Below, piece after piece: positions 18,486 to 27,749 of a stretch of DNA of 64,000 nt. Origin of the DNA: Rhodanobacteraceae bacterium (GTDB lineage Bacteria; Pseudomonadota; Gammaproteobacteria; Xanthomonadales; SZUA-5). Made by a program: the position numbers and the translations under genes. Within the stretch, counting starts at the first letter, position 1; each line of letters opens with the position of its first letter. The notes under the pieces are model-generated. The model did no database searches and was not told the origin of the DNA. It worked only from the letters and a program-made list of their open reading frames with translations. Location: NCBI GenBank assembly GCA_031409855.1, contig JANNYA010000168.1, forward strand, positions 5,715 to 69,714, given 5' to 3'.

Positions 18486-19858
18486 GCAATAAAACATATG
18501 CGCAACAGCACGTGCCTTTAGCAGTTCAGGGTTTTACCTTAGTAGAAATAATGATCGCCTTGGTAATTGGATTAATATTAATATTGGGAATTGCCACCAT
18601 ATTTACCAATACCACAAACAATATTCGCCTACAGCGAGGTATCGCGACTATTCAAGAAACGGGCAGGCTTTCGGTTGATATGATGTCTAGCGACATCGGT
18701 GGAGCTGGCAGTCAATATTGCTCCGCAATTAATATTCAGCTGGCGACGGACGGCTTTACTCCGCAGCGGCCGTTCTTAAGCACAGTCAATACGCCGCTAC
18801 CTGTTACCGGCAATGATGACTTGTCTGCTATTTACAACACCACCGCGTCAGGCAGTACCGGTGGGCTTTTCTACGGTTTAGTAACGTCGGCTGATTTGCC
18901 GCCCGCGCCGCCCACCGTACCACCCACAGCAGCCCCACTACCAGGTTCACCCTATTTAATAAGCGCCCGCTACACCATTCAAGGCCATGATTGCGTCGGC
19001 ACCTTGTGTACTCCCGCGCTGACGGTGTTAGGCGCCGGACGTACTTCGGCTGGTGCCACCGCAGCAACCGATCCCTCTGGGCCAGCAGCTGGTCAACGTG
19101 TACCTGGTACTGATGTGTTGACCGTGCGCACCCTGGTTGGCAATGGCGCATCCATTGCAACGTCCGCTCCGCTAGGATACAACTTGGCACCTAACTCCTT
19201 GGCGCGGCTTGGTCTAGACACCATTCCCGCTGGGCGGCTCGCAAATCGTTTAGTGATGATCGCCGATTGCAACCAATCTGCAATTTATCGGGGAACTTTT
19301 AGCGCGCCGAATCTTCTGGAGCTAATCGGTGCACCTGCGGGCAGTAATACCGCATTTGGCCCAGCCAACAATGCACGTGTATTTGACATGGAAAATCAAT
19401 GGTTGACAATAACCTACTTTTTGCAGTTCGTCGCCGACCCCAACAGCGCCGGTCGGGTAATCCCGGCACTTATGCGGCGCGAAAACGGCCGGGCGCTAGA
19501 GGAAATTGCGCGCGGTGTTGAACGCCTAGACTTCCGCTATGCCGTGAACGCGCGCAGCGTCCCAGGCGTGAATCCGGAAAACAATGTGGTCTGGCTCAAT
19601 GCCAATCAGGTGAACAGCGCCAACGGTGGCGCAATTCCTTGCCCTCCGGTTGCTACCGGTACGACTGAGACCGGCTGTTTGTGGCGTTCCGTAACTGCCG
19701 TAGAGGTGGGTATGTTGGCAAATACTATTGATCAGTTGGCCATTAACGATGATCGTTTCACCTACGCTATGGAAAATCAACGCGAAGTTGTTGCCCCTGA
19801 TCGTATGGTGCATCGCGAGTTTCGTTTCGTCGTGCCGATTAAGTCTTGGGCGCGTTAG
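18482..19858 (+). CDS. pilW: type IV pilus minor pilin PilW (unusually long, about 458 aa)
   Basis: QG|FTLVEIMIALVIGLILILGI. The ATG at 18482 overlaps the pilV stop (ATGA). Contains a Pro/Ala-rich insert ADLPPAPPTVPPTAAPLPGSP. Confidence 0.78.
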   Translation: MSNKTYAQQHVPLAVQGFTLVEIMIALVIGLILILGIATIFTNTTNNIRLQRGIATIQETGRLSVDMMSSDIGGAGSQYCSAINIQLATDGFTPQRPFLSTVNTPLPVTGNDDLSAIYNTTASGSTGGLFYGLVTSADLPPAPPTVPPTAAPLPGSPYLISARYTIQGHDCVGTLCTPALTVLGAGRTSAGATAATDPSGPAAGQRVPGTDVLTVRTLVGNGASIATSAPLGYNLAPNSLARLGLDTIPAGRLANRLVMIADCNQSAIYRGTFSAPNLLELIGAPAGSNTAFGPANNARVFDMENQWLTITYFLQFVADPNSAGRVIPALMRRENGRALEEIARGVERLDFRYAVNARSVPGVNPENNVVWLNANQVNSANGGAIPCPPVATGTTETGCLWRSVTAVEVGMLANTIDQLAINDDRFTYAMENQREVVAPDRMVHREFRFVVPIKSWAR

Positions 19859-19876
19859 TCTTAAGGAGAGTGTAAA

Positions 19877-20491
19877 ATGAAAAAGTTTAGCGGTTCAGGG
19901 CCTAATTTAACCAAACCTAGCGGTGTCGCGCTGATTGTTGGTTTGATTTTCCTCATTATTTTGACGCTGTTTGTATTAGGTAGTTTGCGCGATGTTTTAA
20001 TGCAGGAGCGTATGTCGGGTTCGTTTCGCAACCAATCATTGGCTGAGTCAAGTTCGGAGTCTTTACTGCGCAACGGCGAGTCACGAATATTCGATAATGT
20101 GGTCACCTTAAATGGGCTGGTCGAATTTCCAGGGTTAATGGCTTTGGATACGGATCAAGTGGTTGCGCCGAATGCGTTATTGCGTACTTTTCGAACCGGT
20201 GCTGGCTATCCAGCCGGAGCCGCTGCAGCATTTCAACCGCAGCTGATATCAGAGACATTTCAAAATACGACGGACAACACCAGCGCCCTTTCAACAAGCG
20301 GAGCCTACGTGATTGAAGGGCCAATATCGGTCAACCCTGCAGGAATTGACCTGCTCGAGAGCCACACTGGCAATACTTCCACCGGCGGTTCCACCGGCAA
20401 GCTTTATATGTATCGCATCACTTCGCGCGCAACGGGTGGCACCAATGATTATGTGCGCGCTGCCGAATCATTCTTTTTAGTTTCCAGATAG
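19877..20491 (+). CDS. pilX: type IV pilus minor pilin PilX
   Basis: Non-canonical prepilin-like N-terminus (SGVALIVGLIFLIILTLFVLGS...ERMSG). RBS AAGGAGAG upstream. Positioned between pilW and pilY1. Confidence 0.7.
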   Translation: MKKFSGSGPNLTKPSGVALIVGLIFLIILTLFVLGSLRDVLMQERMSGSFRNQSLAESSSESLLRNGESRIFDNVVTLNGLVEFPGLMALDTDQVVAPNALLRTFRTGAGYPAGAAAAFQPQLISETFQNTTDNTSALSTSGAYVIEGPISVNPAGIDLLESHTGNTSTGGSTGKLYMYRITSRATGGTNDYVRAAESFFLVSR

Positions 20492-20508
20492 GGAAACGGA
20501 GCATTCAT

Positions 20509-23500
20509 ATGAAAGCCAAGATATTAATAGCACTTGCGTGCGTGGGGTTTAGCGCTATTATACTAGCGCAAACCATTCCATTAAGCCGATCACCGCTGTT
20601 TGTGCGTCCACCGGTTGACCCAAATATCATTTTAAGTTTTGATGACTCGGGTTCAATGAATGAAGGCGGCACGCCGAATGAAATTACCAATGGCGTGTAC
20701 TTGCCCAGAAACAATGCTGTCAACCAATGCTACTGGCGTGATCTGCCACACTATTACGCGGCCGAGTCTAATAACCAGTTTTTCGACCCGCTAGTCGTGT
20801 ATGCCCCGCCGATTTATTCCAATGGCAATACGTTTCCTAACGCGGTTTTTACCGGTGCGTACTACGATGGATTTCTAGCACATAAAACGGGTACGGAAGT
20901 TACCACCAGCCCAAAACGTAATTTGGCAACTGACTATGCGGTCAGCCTTTTTGCGACCAATCCGCCCGTTGCCCCACCTGCATGCACGCCGCCAAACCCA
21001 CCGCGCTCCGGTGCCGGACAAAACGGAAACTTGGTCACTTTTGGTGCCGCTAGCCAAGCGTCGTGCTCATTTTCTCAGGCCTACACCGCCTGCAACGGCA
21101 CCGCTCAGAATTTTACCGGCGAAGGCGGCACGCGACTATCGTTATTTCCAGCGCCAAATGATAAACGGGCGTTTTATTTTACCTACAATAACGTCAATCC
21201 TATAGACCCTATGACTGGTAAGCGCTTTAAGCCGACGACAGCGCAACTGTATGGCAACGCCATGAGTAGCTACAATAAGGCGAATTACCTAGGCCCATTC
21301 CTCGTTACTACGGCACAAGAAACCAATTTTGCAAATTGGTTTAGTTATTATCGTACCCGGCAAATTATGGGCCGAACTGCGGCAACCCGCGCATTTTCGC
21401 AGCTACCGCGTAATGTGCGTATAGGTTGGCAGGGTTTGACCGGCACTCAATTAGCTAATACTTTCAATATTAAAAAAATTGAAGATACGACCCAAAGAAA
21501 TAGTTTTTACACCTACCTTTACAACGTCCCAGCAAATTCTGGTACGCCCACTCGCTCGGCGACGGATCGGGTTGGGAATTATTTTACACGCAATGCTGCG
21601 GCCGGCTTTGTTGAAAGCAACCCCTATTATGACCGTGATTTAGGGGTTGCCATTGGCAATTTAACCTCACCCGCTACTTTGATCAGTTGCCGACAAAATT
21701 ACCATTTGGTTTTCACGGACGGTGGCTGGAAGGACGATATCGGTGCGTATGTCAATCGCAATACCGATCAGATTGCGATTGGCGCGATGCCATCGACGTG
21801 GTCGCAAAACCCACTGCCGCTGCCGGCAGACCCAAACGTGTTGACGCCTGGGCCCCCCTATAGTTTGACGGATATAAATAGCCGCGTGTATTGGAACGGA
21901 CCGACTCAAAACCTAATTGGCGGCTACGCGGATCGCGCGTTTTATTATTGGGCGACCGATTTGTCAGATTTAAAAAATAACGTTACCCCATTCATTGATG
22001 ATCGCACCCTTGGAATAACCAACACGACGATTCGCACCTTGCCGCAAAACCCATTAGAAGACGGCGAAGTCTATTGGAACCCCAAAAATGACCCCGCAAC
22101 TTGGCAGCACGTGGTGCAATATATTGTTGCTTTTGGCTTGCAAAGCCAGCTAAATTTTCCTGGCGACTTGAATAATTTGCGCAAGGGCCCGCTGATTTGG
22201 ACTGATTGGTCAGGCAATGAGAACCAGGATCCAGCCAATAAGGTGGATGATACTTGGCACGCTGCGCTAAATAGCCGCGGCGAGTTATTAGCCGCCAGCA
22301 ACCCGCAAGAAGTCGTGCAGCAACTGAACTCGGTGTTCCAAGCTATTTCTGCGCGCACGTCCTCGGTTTCCGCAGTTTCAGTCGCGGCGAGCTTGCTATC
22401 TACTAATACTTTTGCCTACCGTACATTTTTCAATGCCAGCGCGTGGTCCGGCTCGGTGCAGGGCTCTAGGTTTAACAACACCGGGGCGGTCAACGTTGTG
22501 TGGGATGCGGGCTGCTTACTTACCGGCGGTGTGTGTACCACGATCACCTCACTGCCTAGCTACACGGCGCCTAACCCGATGACTGATAGGCAGATTTATA
22601 CCGCGACCGCGACCGGTACGGCCGGTAGCGCGGCAACGGGCGTGAACTTTGAGTGGGGTCAGTTAACTTTTGCGCAGCGCGCAATGCTCAACTACAACTG
22701 GGATACCGCGTTGCCGGATCCGTCACCCATTGCACCTGAAACGAAAATTGGTGGTGAAAAGCGCCTGGAGTTTTTGCGTGGCGTACGAACTGAGGAAGGC
22801 CTGCTAATGCGTTCGCGCGAGTCGGTACTTGGTGCGGTCGTCAACTCGAACGCTGTTTTCGTTGGCCCTGCTACGGACGCCTATTGGGCCACGGACGACA
22901 TTGCAAACGACCCGACCAAGCCACTGTTTCCTAATTTACCCCTGTTTACCTCATTCCCAGAAACAAAGGCAAATTTCCTCGCTCATGTTAACGCCATTAA
23001 AAATCGGCCGCCTACTCTTTACGTCGGCGCCAACGATGGGATGTTGCATGCTTTCAACGCAGAAACCGGCGCTGAACGCTGGGCTTATGTGCCCAATACA
23101 GGCTTTAAGTTTCTTTCACGACTGAGTTCCAAATTTAATTTATTTACACAAAGTTCGGTCGACAGTACGCCCTCCGTTCGAGAGGTCTATACCAACGGTG
23201 CATGGCGAACGATGTTGGTGGGCAGTATGCGGCTAGGCGGGCAAGGGATTTTTGCCCTGGACGTAACGAACCCGAACCCGACTGGCGCAGCGGCCAAAGT
23301 GCTGTGGGAGTTTAATGACGAGTCAACTTTAGGGTCAGCCCCAGGCGTGGATTTGGGCTATACCTATGGGCGCCCGTTTGTCACGCGTATAGCGGCGGGA
23401 AGTAAATGGGTGGTGCTCGTGCCCGGAGGTTATAACTCTTCTGATGCGGATTCCGGCCGTGATATTAAGTTAGGCACAGGGAATGCAGTGTTATTTGTTT

Positions 23501-24525
23501 TGGATGCTGCGAATGGCAGCGTATTGCGTAAGTTTGATTTAGGCGCGGGCACACGCGGACTTTCGTCGGTAATTGCCGGTGACTATGCCTTCCCGACCGG
23601 CGCTGTATCTGGGCGCAACCAATATCGTGGGCGCGGTGGCGTGGCACCTTTGACGCTAGATGAAGTGAGCGATGTGGCTTTTGCCGGTGACGACAACGGC
23701 AACTTGTGGCGGTTTAATTTGGAAGGCACCAACGCATTGTCGTGGAGTGTGGTGAAGTTTTTCCAAGGCCCGACGGTGCAAAAAATTACCGCGCAGCCAC
23801 GGATCGTACCAGCCAGTGATGCTGTGAACGCCCAAAAGAACCTTGCAGTCGTGGTGTTTGGCACGGGCAGGTATGTAGCAACGCCTGATCGCGGCGATAA
23901 CAGTCAGCAGTCGCTCTACGGCATTTACGATCCAGGCCCGTACTATAGCGGCTACCCGTTAGAACAAATTGATTTACTGCAACAGACACGCACGGAATCG
24001 GTGGTGGGAACCAAAGTTTTAGTTACGACGGGTGACGCAGCCGTGCCAGCCGCAAAATTGGGTTGGTACTTCAACTTGGGTGTGAACGGCGAAAGATCGA
24101 TTGCCGCCGCTTCTTTCCTTTCATCAACCCGTAAACTAATTGTGCCGACGTTTATTCCGACGGTAAATCCACTGCTAGCGAACGACCCTTGCGTTGACGA
24201 TTCTTCCAGTGTTCTTTACTTTTTAGATCCGCTCAACGGTGGCGCATCTTCGACGGATGAATTGGCCGCGTTTGATGTCAATGGTGATGGCGTAATCAAT
24301 ACTGCCGACGACATAACAATTTCAGGAATTCGAGTGCCTGGCTTTGTCGCTGGTGCCACACCGATTACCCAAGCAGGTGGCGGACAAGGTGCAATTTTGC
24401 TACCGGCACCACCGGGCGGTGTAGGCGGCGGGTCGGCTATTACGACGCTTGCGATTCCAGACTATGTATGGCGTAGACAGTCAACGCGGGAAATACCGGC
24501 GTTTGATCAGAACGAGCGGAACTAG
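20509..24525 (+). CDS. pilY1: PilY1 pilus tip adhesin / anti-retraction factor (1338 aa)
   Basis: Signal peptide. N-terminal vWA-like MIDAS motif (SFDDSGSM). C-terminal PilY1 propeller signature (LYVGANDGMLHAFNAETGAERWAYVP). EF-hand-like DVNGDGVINTADD site. Confidence 0.88.
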   Translation: MKAKILIALACVGFSAIILAQTIPLSRSPLFVRPPVDPNIILSFDDSGSMNEGGTPNEITNGVYLPRNNAVNQCYWRDLPHYYAAESNNQFFDPLVVYAPPIYSNGNTFPNAVFTGAYYDGFLAHKTGTEVTTSPKRNLATDYAVSLFATNPPVAPPACTPPNPPRSGAGQNGNLVTFGAASQASCSFSQAYTACNGTAQNFTGEGGTRLSLFPAPNDKRAFYFTYNNVNPIDPMTGKRFKPTTAQLYGNAMSSYNKANYLGPFLVTTAQETNFANWFSYYRTRQIMGRTAATRAFSQLPRNVRIGWQGLTGTQLANTFNIKKIEDTTQRNSFYTYLYNVPANSGTPTRSATDRVGNYFTRNAAAGFVESNPYYDRDLGVAIGNLTSPATLISCRQNYHLVFTDGGWKDDIGAYVNRNTDQIAIGAMPSTWSQNPLPLPADPNVLTPGPPYSLTDINSRVYWNGPTQNLIGGYADRAFYYWATDLSDLKNNVTPFIDDRTLGITNTTIRTLPQNPLEDGEVYWNPKNDPATWQHVVQYIVAFGLQSQLNFPGDLNNLRKGPLIWTDWSGNENQDPANKVDDTWHAALNSRGELLAASNPQEVVQQLNSVFQAISARTSSVSAVSVAASLLSTNTFAYRTFFNASAWSGSVQGSRFNNTGAVNVVWDAGCLLTGGVCTTITSLPSYTAPNPMTDRQIYTATATGTAGSAATGVNFEWGQLTFAQRAMLNYNWDTALPDPSPIAPETKIGGEKRLEFLRGVRTEEGLLMRSRESVLGAVVNSNAVFVGPATDAYWATDDIANDPTKPLFPNLPLFTSFPETKANFLAHVNAIKNRPPTLYVGANDGMLHAFNAETGAERWAYVPNTGFKFLSRLSSKFNLFTQSSVDSTPSVREVYTNGAWRTMLVGSMRLGGQGIFALDVTNPNPTGAAAKVLWEFNDESTLGSAPGVDLGYTYGRPFVTRIAAGSKWVVLVPGGYNSSDADSGRDIKLGTGNAVLFVLDAANGSVLRKFDLGAGTRGLSSVIAGDYAFPTGAVSGRNQYRGRGGVAPLTLDEVSDVAFAGDDNGNLWRFNLEGTNALSWSVVKFFQGPTVQKITAQPRIVPASDAVNAQKNLAVVVFGTGRYVATPDRGDNSQQSLYGIYDPGPYYSGYPLEQIDLLQQTRTESVVGTKVLVTTGDAAVPAAKLGWYFNLGVNGERSIAAASFLSSTRKLIVPTFIPTVNPLLANDPCVDDSSSVLYFLDPLNGGASSTDELAAFDVNGDGVINTADDITISGIRVPGFVAGATPITQAGGGQGAILLPAPPGGVGGGSAITTLAIPDYVWRRQSTREIPAFDQNERN

Positions 24526-24536
24526 GAGGAGTGACG

Positions 24537-24983
24537 ATGCAAAATAAACGTGGATTTACCCTAGTGGAATTGATGGTGGTCGTCGGCATCGTTGCGATTT
24601 TGGCGGCTGTCTCCCTGCCTGCCTACTCAAAATTTGTCGAGCGTTCTAGAAGAGTAGAGGGTCAAGTTTTGGCGAACCGGATAGCGCAAGCACAAGAGCG
24701 CCACTACGCCACTTACAACCGTTATGCCGCTAGTATAGAGGGCGTTGGTGGTATGGGAAACTTGGGTTTTGTGGCCGCGTGTCCAGGGGGAGTGCTGTCT
24801 GAGACTCGTCAATACTGCGCCACTTTAGACCCGGTTCCGGTAGCGCCTTTTCAGGACTTTAGGGTGGTCGTGACGCCTGTGCTCGGTATGCCGCAAGATA
24901 AGGACAAATGCGCCAGCCTTAGGCTAACCGGCACCGGGCTCAAGTCTTTTTCGGGTTACGAAACAAACGGTAAATGCTGGTAG
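24537..24983 (+). CDS. pilE: type IV pilin PilE (minor pilin)
   Basis: MQNKRG|FTLVELMVVVGIVAILAAVSLPAY. AGGAGGA lies 6 nt upstream of this ATG. It is the last gene of the operon. Confidence 0.85.
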   Translation: MQNKRGFTLVELMVVVGIVAILAAVSLPAYSKFVERSRRVEGQVLANRIAQAQERHYATYNRYAASIEGVGGMGNLGFVAACPGGVLSETRQYCATLDPVPVAPFQDFRVVVTPVLGMPQDKDKCASLRLTGTGLKSFSGYETNGKCW

Positions 24984-25054
24984 TTGAACAACTCAATTGA
25001 CGGTGGTGCTGCTTTAGCTCTACCGCACACCAATTGATCAGCGAAGCAAGCACC

Positions 25055-25088
25055 AAACAAAACGCCGCATTTTGCGGCGTTTTGTTTT
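25055..25088. terminator. bidirectional rho-independent terminator between pilE and the convergent OmpA-like gene
   Basis: AAACAAAACGCCGCA-TT-TTGCGGCGTTTTGTTTT is a perfect hairpin flanked by an A-run and a T-run. Confidence 0.88.
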
Positions 25089-25110
25089 CCTCAAAACTTC
25101 CAGCGCTAAA

Positions 25111-27465
25111 TCAATCGCCTGGATTCATGCCAATCGTGACGGACACTTGCGCGGTTGCAGTATTGCCAGCGGAATCGGTAATCGTGTAGCTAAACATGTC
25201 CATGCCCATCGCACCGACGCGGCTGATGTAGCGCACGCTGCCATTGGCGTTGATTGAAACCGCACCGCCCATGGTGGTATTACCAACGGCGGTAACGCGC
25301 AGCACATCGCCTGCATCCGGGTCAGTGTCGTTTGCAAGCACATTCACATCCACCGTCATACCCGCCATCACCATCGCCATATCAGGGCGTGCGGTCGGCG
25401 GCTGATTGGCTTGCACGGTCACCAAGATTCTGGCGTTCGCAACATTGCCGGCATCATCGACGATGCGGTATGGAATGGTTGCGACCCCAGCAAACCCAGG
25501 TGCTGCTGTGTAACGCACGTTATTGCCTTCAAGGACGGCGGTGCCGCTGGCCGGTTGGTCAATGCCAGTCACGCGTAAAACGCCGCCTTCTGGATCGCGA
25601 TCATTCGCGAGCGGGCTAACGGTTACGGTGCCACCCTGGCCGACATTAGCAGTGTCATCCACAGCCACTGGCGCTTGATCTGCAACGGTTACGGTAACCG
25701 TGGCGGTAGCACTGCCGCCTTTACCGTCACTTATGGTGTAGCTGAAGGTGTCGGTGCCAAAGAAACCGGCGCGCGGCGTGTAAAGCACGCCGTTGCCGGA
25801 ATTGCTGGCGGTGCCATTGGTCGGCGCGGTAACGCTGGTGACGCTTAAAGTATCGCTATCTACGTCGCTGTCGTTTAGCAAAACCGGAATCAGAGTTGCG
25901 CCCGCATTGCGGTTGACGCGAATCGCGTCATTCACGGCCACCGGTGCGCGGTTGGTAAATACCACCGGGCCGAGCGTGGTTTCTTGACGCGTTTTGACCA
26001 CGGTGTAGGTATCAACATCGCGGCGGTGCTCGCCGGGGTTGCGCAATGCACGTTCGATCCAGCCGGGCGGCACGCTCACGATTTGCTTGGTGTAAGTCAC
26101 GCCGCCATCGGTGGCTGGCAAGCTGCGCTCTTCAAATTTCTCTTCGACAGTAATGAACGCGACGTCGACGCGGCGGTTCTTTTTGCGGTTTTCGCGGGTG
26201 TCGTTGGCATAGGTCGGGTCGGCTTCGCCTTTGCCTTCGACGATTAACTGCGCTTCAATGCCAGCGGCTTTGAAGTAATCCGCCACCGCATTCGCACGGC
26301 GGTTCGACAGGCCGATATTGTAAGCGTCCGAGCCGATTGAGCAGGTGTGGCCGGTCACCGTGACTGGGCTGGCCAGTTTTGCGGCTTTAATCACGCCGAC
26401 TAAACGATCAAGCTCGGCCTTGGTTTCACTACGCAAGCCGGATTTGTCGAAATCAAAAAACGAATCAGAATCCAAGTCGGCCTTGGTTTCCACGGCAACC
26501 CGTTCAATCGTCGGCGCTGCCTTGGTCGGTGGGCTATCCGGCACTGGATTCGACACCGCATGTTCCCACGCCGCTGGGCGATAGCTTTCGCCAAAGGAAT
26601 AGCGATAGGTCAAAGCGGCAACCGTATCGTTATCATCATCGGCAAAATTGCTTTGCAAGGCGGCAAAGCTGGCGGCGGTAGGCGCATCAGCCAAGCCTTT
26701 TGAAGCATGTGATACATCTAAAGACAGCGAATGCCCAGTGCCTTCAAAATATTTATCGACGCCCACACTTGCGGTCAATTGATCGGTGCTTTCATCGCCG
26801 TCGGCGAAATCCAAACCGCCGCGCAGACGCAGCAAATTGGCATCGAAATACTTGCCTAGACGCAGGCCCAGCGCGCGGTCATAGCCTTTTTCAAACTCTT
26901 CAAAAATGGTGTTGACGGAGCGTGTTTGCGTGATTGGGCGGCCGTTTTGCGTGCCGCTTACGACGTCATTGAACACGCTGTTTGCGCTGCGCGTTAGCCG
27001 CTCATCGCTCAAACCTTTGCTGATGTAGCCAGTGAAAAACAGATCGTTCTTCTCCGCACCTATGCCCAAGGTGGCTTTGCGATCACTTTCTGAGTTGCGA
27101 TCAAATGCGGCAAAGACTTTCGCAACAAATAGCGAATCAGGGTTATCAATCGCGGCTTGCTTGTCTTTCACGCCCCAAAGCCAGTTGTAGCCTAATTGCA
27201 CACCACCCGCGCCGCCATTGCCCAGCCAACCTTCTGCTAGCACGGCCGAAGTGCCGGTAAAACCCAGCACACCTAAAACTTCACCGCTGAAATCGCCATC
27301 GCTGTCAATCGTGGCACCGACGCGCGCGTTCGAGCCGACATAGGTCAGCGGCACCATCGGCGTCACCGTCTGTGCGGGCTTTTGCTCGGATACGTTGTCC
27401 TGGGCGAATGCTGCGGACGCGCCGACACTCAGGGCGAGTGATATAGCAAGGGTAAGTGGCTTCAT
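25111..27465 (-). CDS. OmpA-family protein: N-terminal barrel-like region, OmpA_C peptidoglycan-binding domain, three C-terminal cadherin/Ig-like repeats
   Basis: Signal peptide MKPLTLAISLALSVGASAAFA. OmpA_C motifs (FDFDKSGLR...TGHTCSIGSDAYNIGLSNRRANAVADYF...NRRVDV). Three ~90-aa repeats of the type APVAVNDA...LLNDSDVDSDTLSVT...GTDTFSYTISDG.G..ATATVTVTV. Confidence 0.85.
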   Translation of the reverse strand: MKPLTLAISLALSVGASAAFAQDNVSEQKPAQTVTPMVPLTYVGSNARVGATIDSDGDFSGEVLGVLGFTGTSAVLAEGWLGNGGAGGVQLGYNWLWGVKDKQAAIDNPDSLFVAKVFAAFDRNSESDRKATLGIGAEKNDLFFTGYISKGLSDERLTRSANSVFNDVVSGTQNGRPITQTRSVNTIFEEFEKGYDRALGLRLGKYFDANLLRLRGGLDFADGDESTDQLTASVGVDKYFEGTGHSLSLDVSHASKGLADAPTAASFAALQSNFADDDNDTVAALTYRYSFGESYRPAAWEHAVSNPVPDSPPTKAAPTIERVAVETKADLDSDSFFDFDKSGLRSETKAELDRLVGVIKAAKLASPVTVTGHTCSIGSDAYNIGLSNRRANAVADYFKAAGIEAQLIVEGKGEADPTYANDTRENRKKNRRVDVAFITVEEKFEERSLPATDGGVTYTKQIVSVPPGWIERALRNPGEHRRDVDTYTVVKTRQETTLGPVVFTNRAPVAVNDAIRVNRNAGATLIPVLLNDSDVDSDTLSVTSVTAPTNGTASNSGNGVLYTPRAGFFGTDTFSYTISDGKGGSATATVTVTVADQAPVAVDDTANVGQGGTVTVSPLANDRDPEGGVLRVTGIDQPASGTAVLEGNNVRYTAAPGFAGVATIPYRIVDDAGNVANARILVTVQANQPPTARPDMAMVMAGMTVDVNVLANDTDPDAGDVLRVTAVGNTTMGGAVSINANGSVRYISRVGAMGMDMFSYTITDSAGNTATAQVSVTIGMNPGD

Positions 27466-27749
27466 GGAAACTCCTGTCGCGATTGAATAAGATCTTTATT
27501 GATGCGTTTTACCAAGCAAAACGTCTAGCCAAACCCGATTATGTCGGGTTTTTGTGCCTTTGGCACGTACGCTAGCACACACTTGCGCACCCGAGTTCGA
27601 TACATCATTCCGACATCGCCCGGCAATGTGTCATTAAGTCACGTTCTAAACGGTTTAGATTTGTCACTATTTGACGTACTCTGTCGAACTATTTAAGTCG
27701 ATTGACGCCAAACGGCGTTGGTCTTGTTTGCCGTGTCGCCTGGGTGCCT

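Noticed and set aside
27561-27576. TGGCAC at 27561 as a sigma54 promoter for the REC-GGDEF-EAL gene
   Set aside because: The -24 box is perfect, but the -12 position reads CTAG instead of TTGC, so the GG-N10-GC rule fails.
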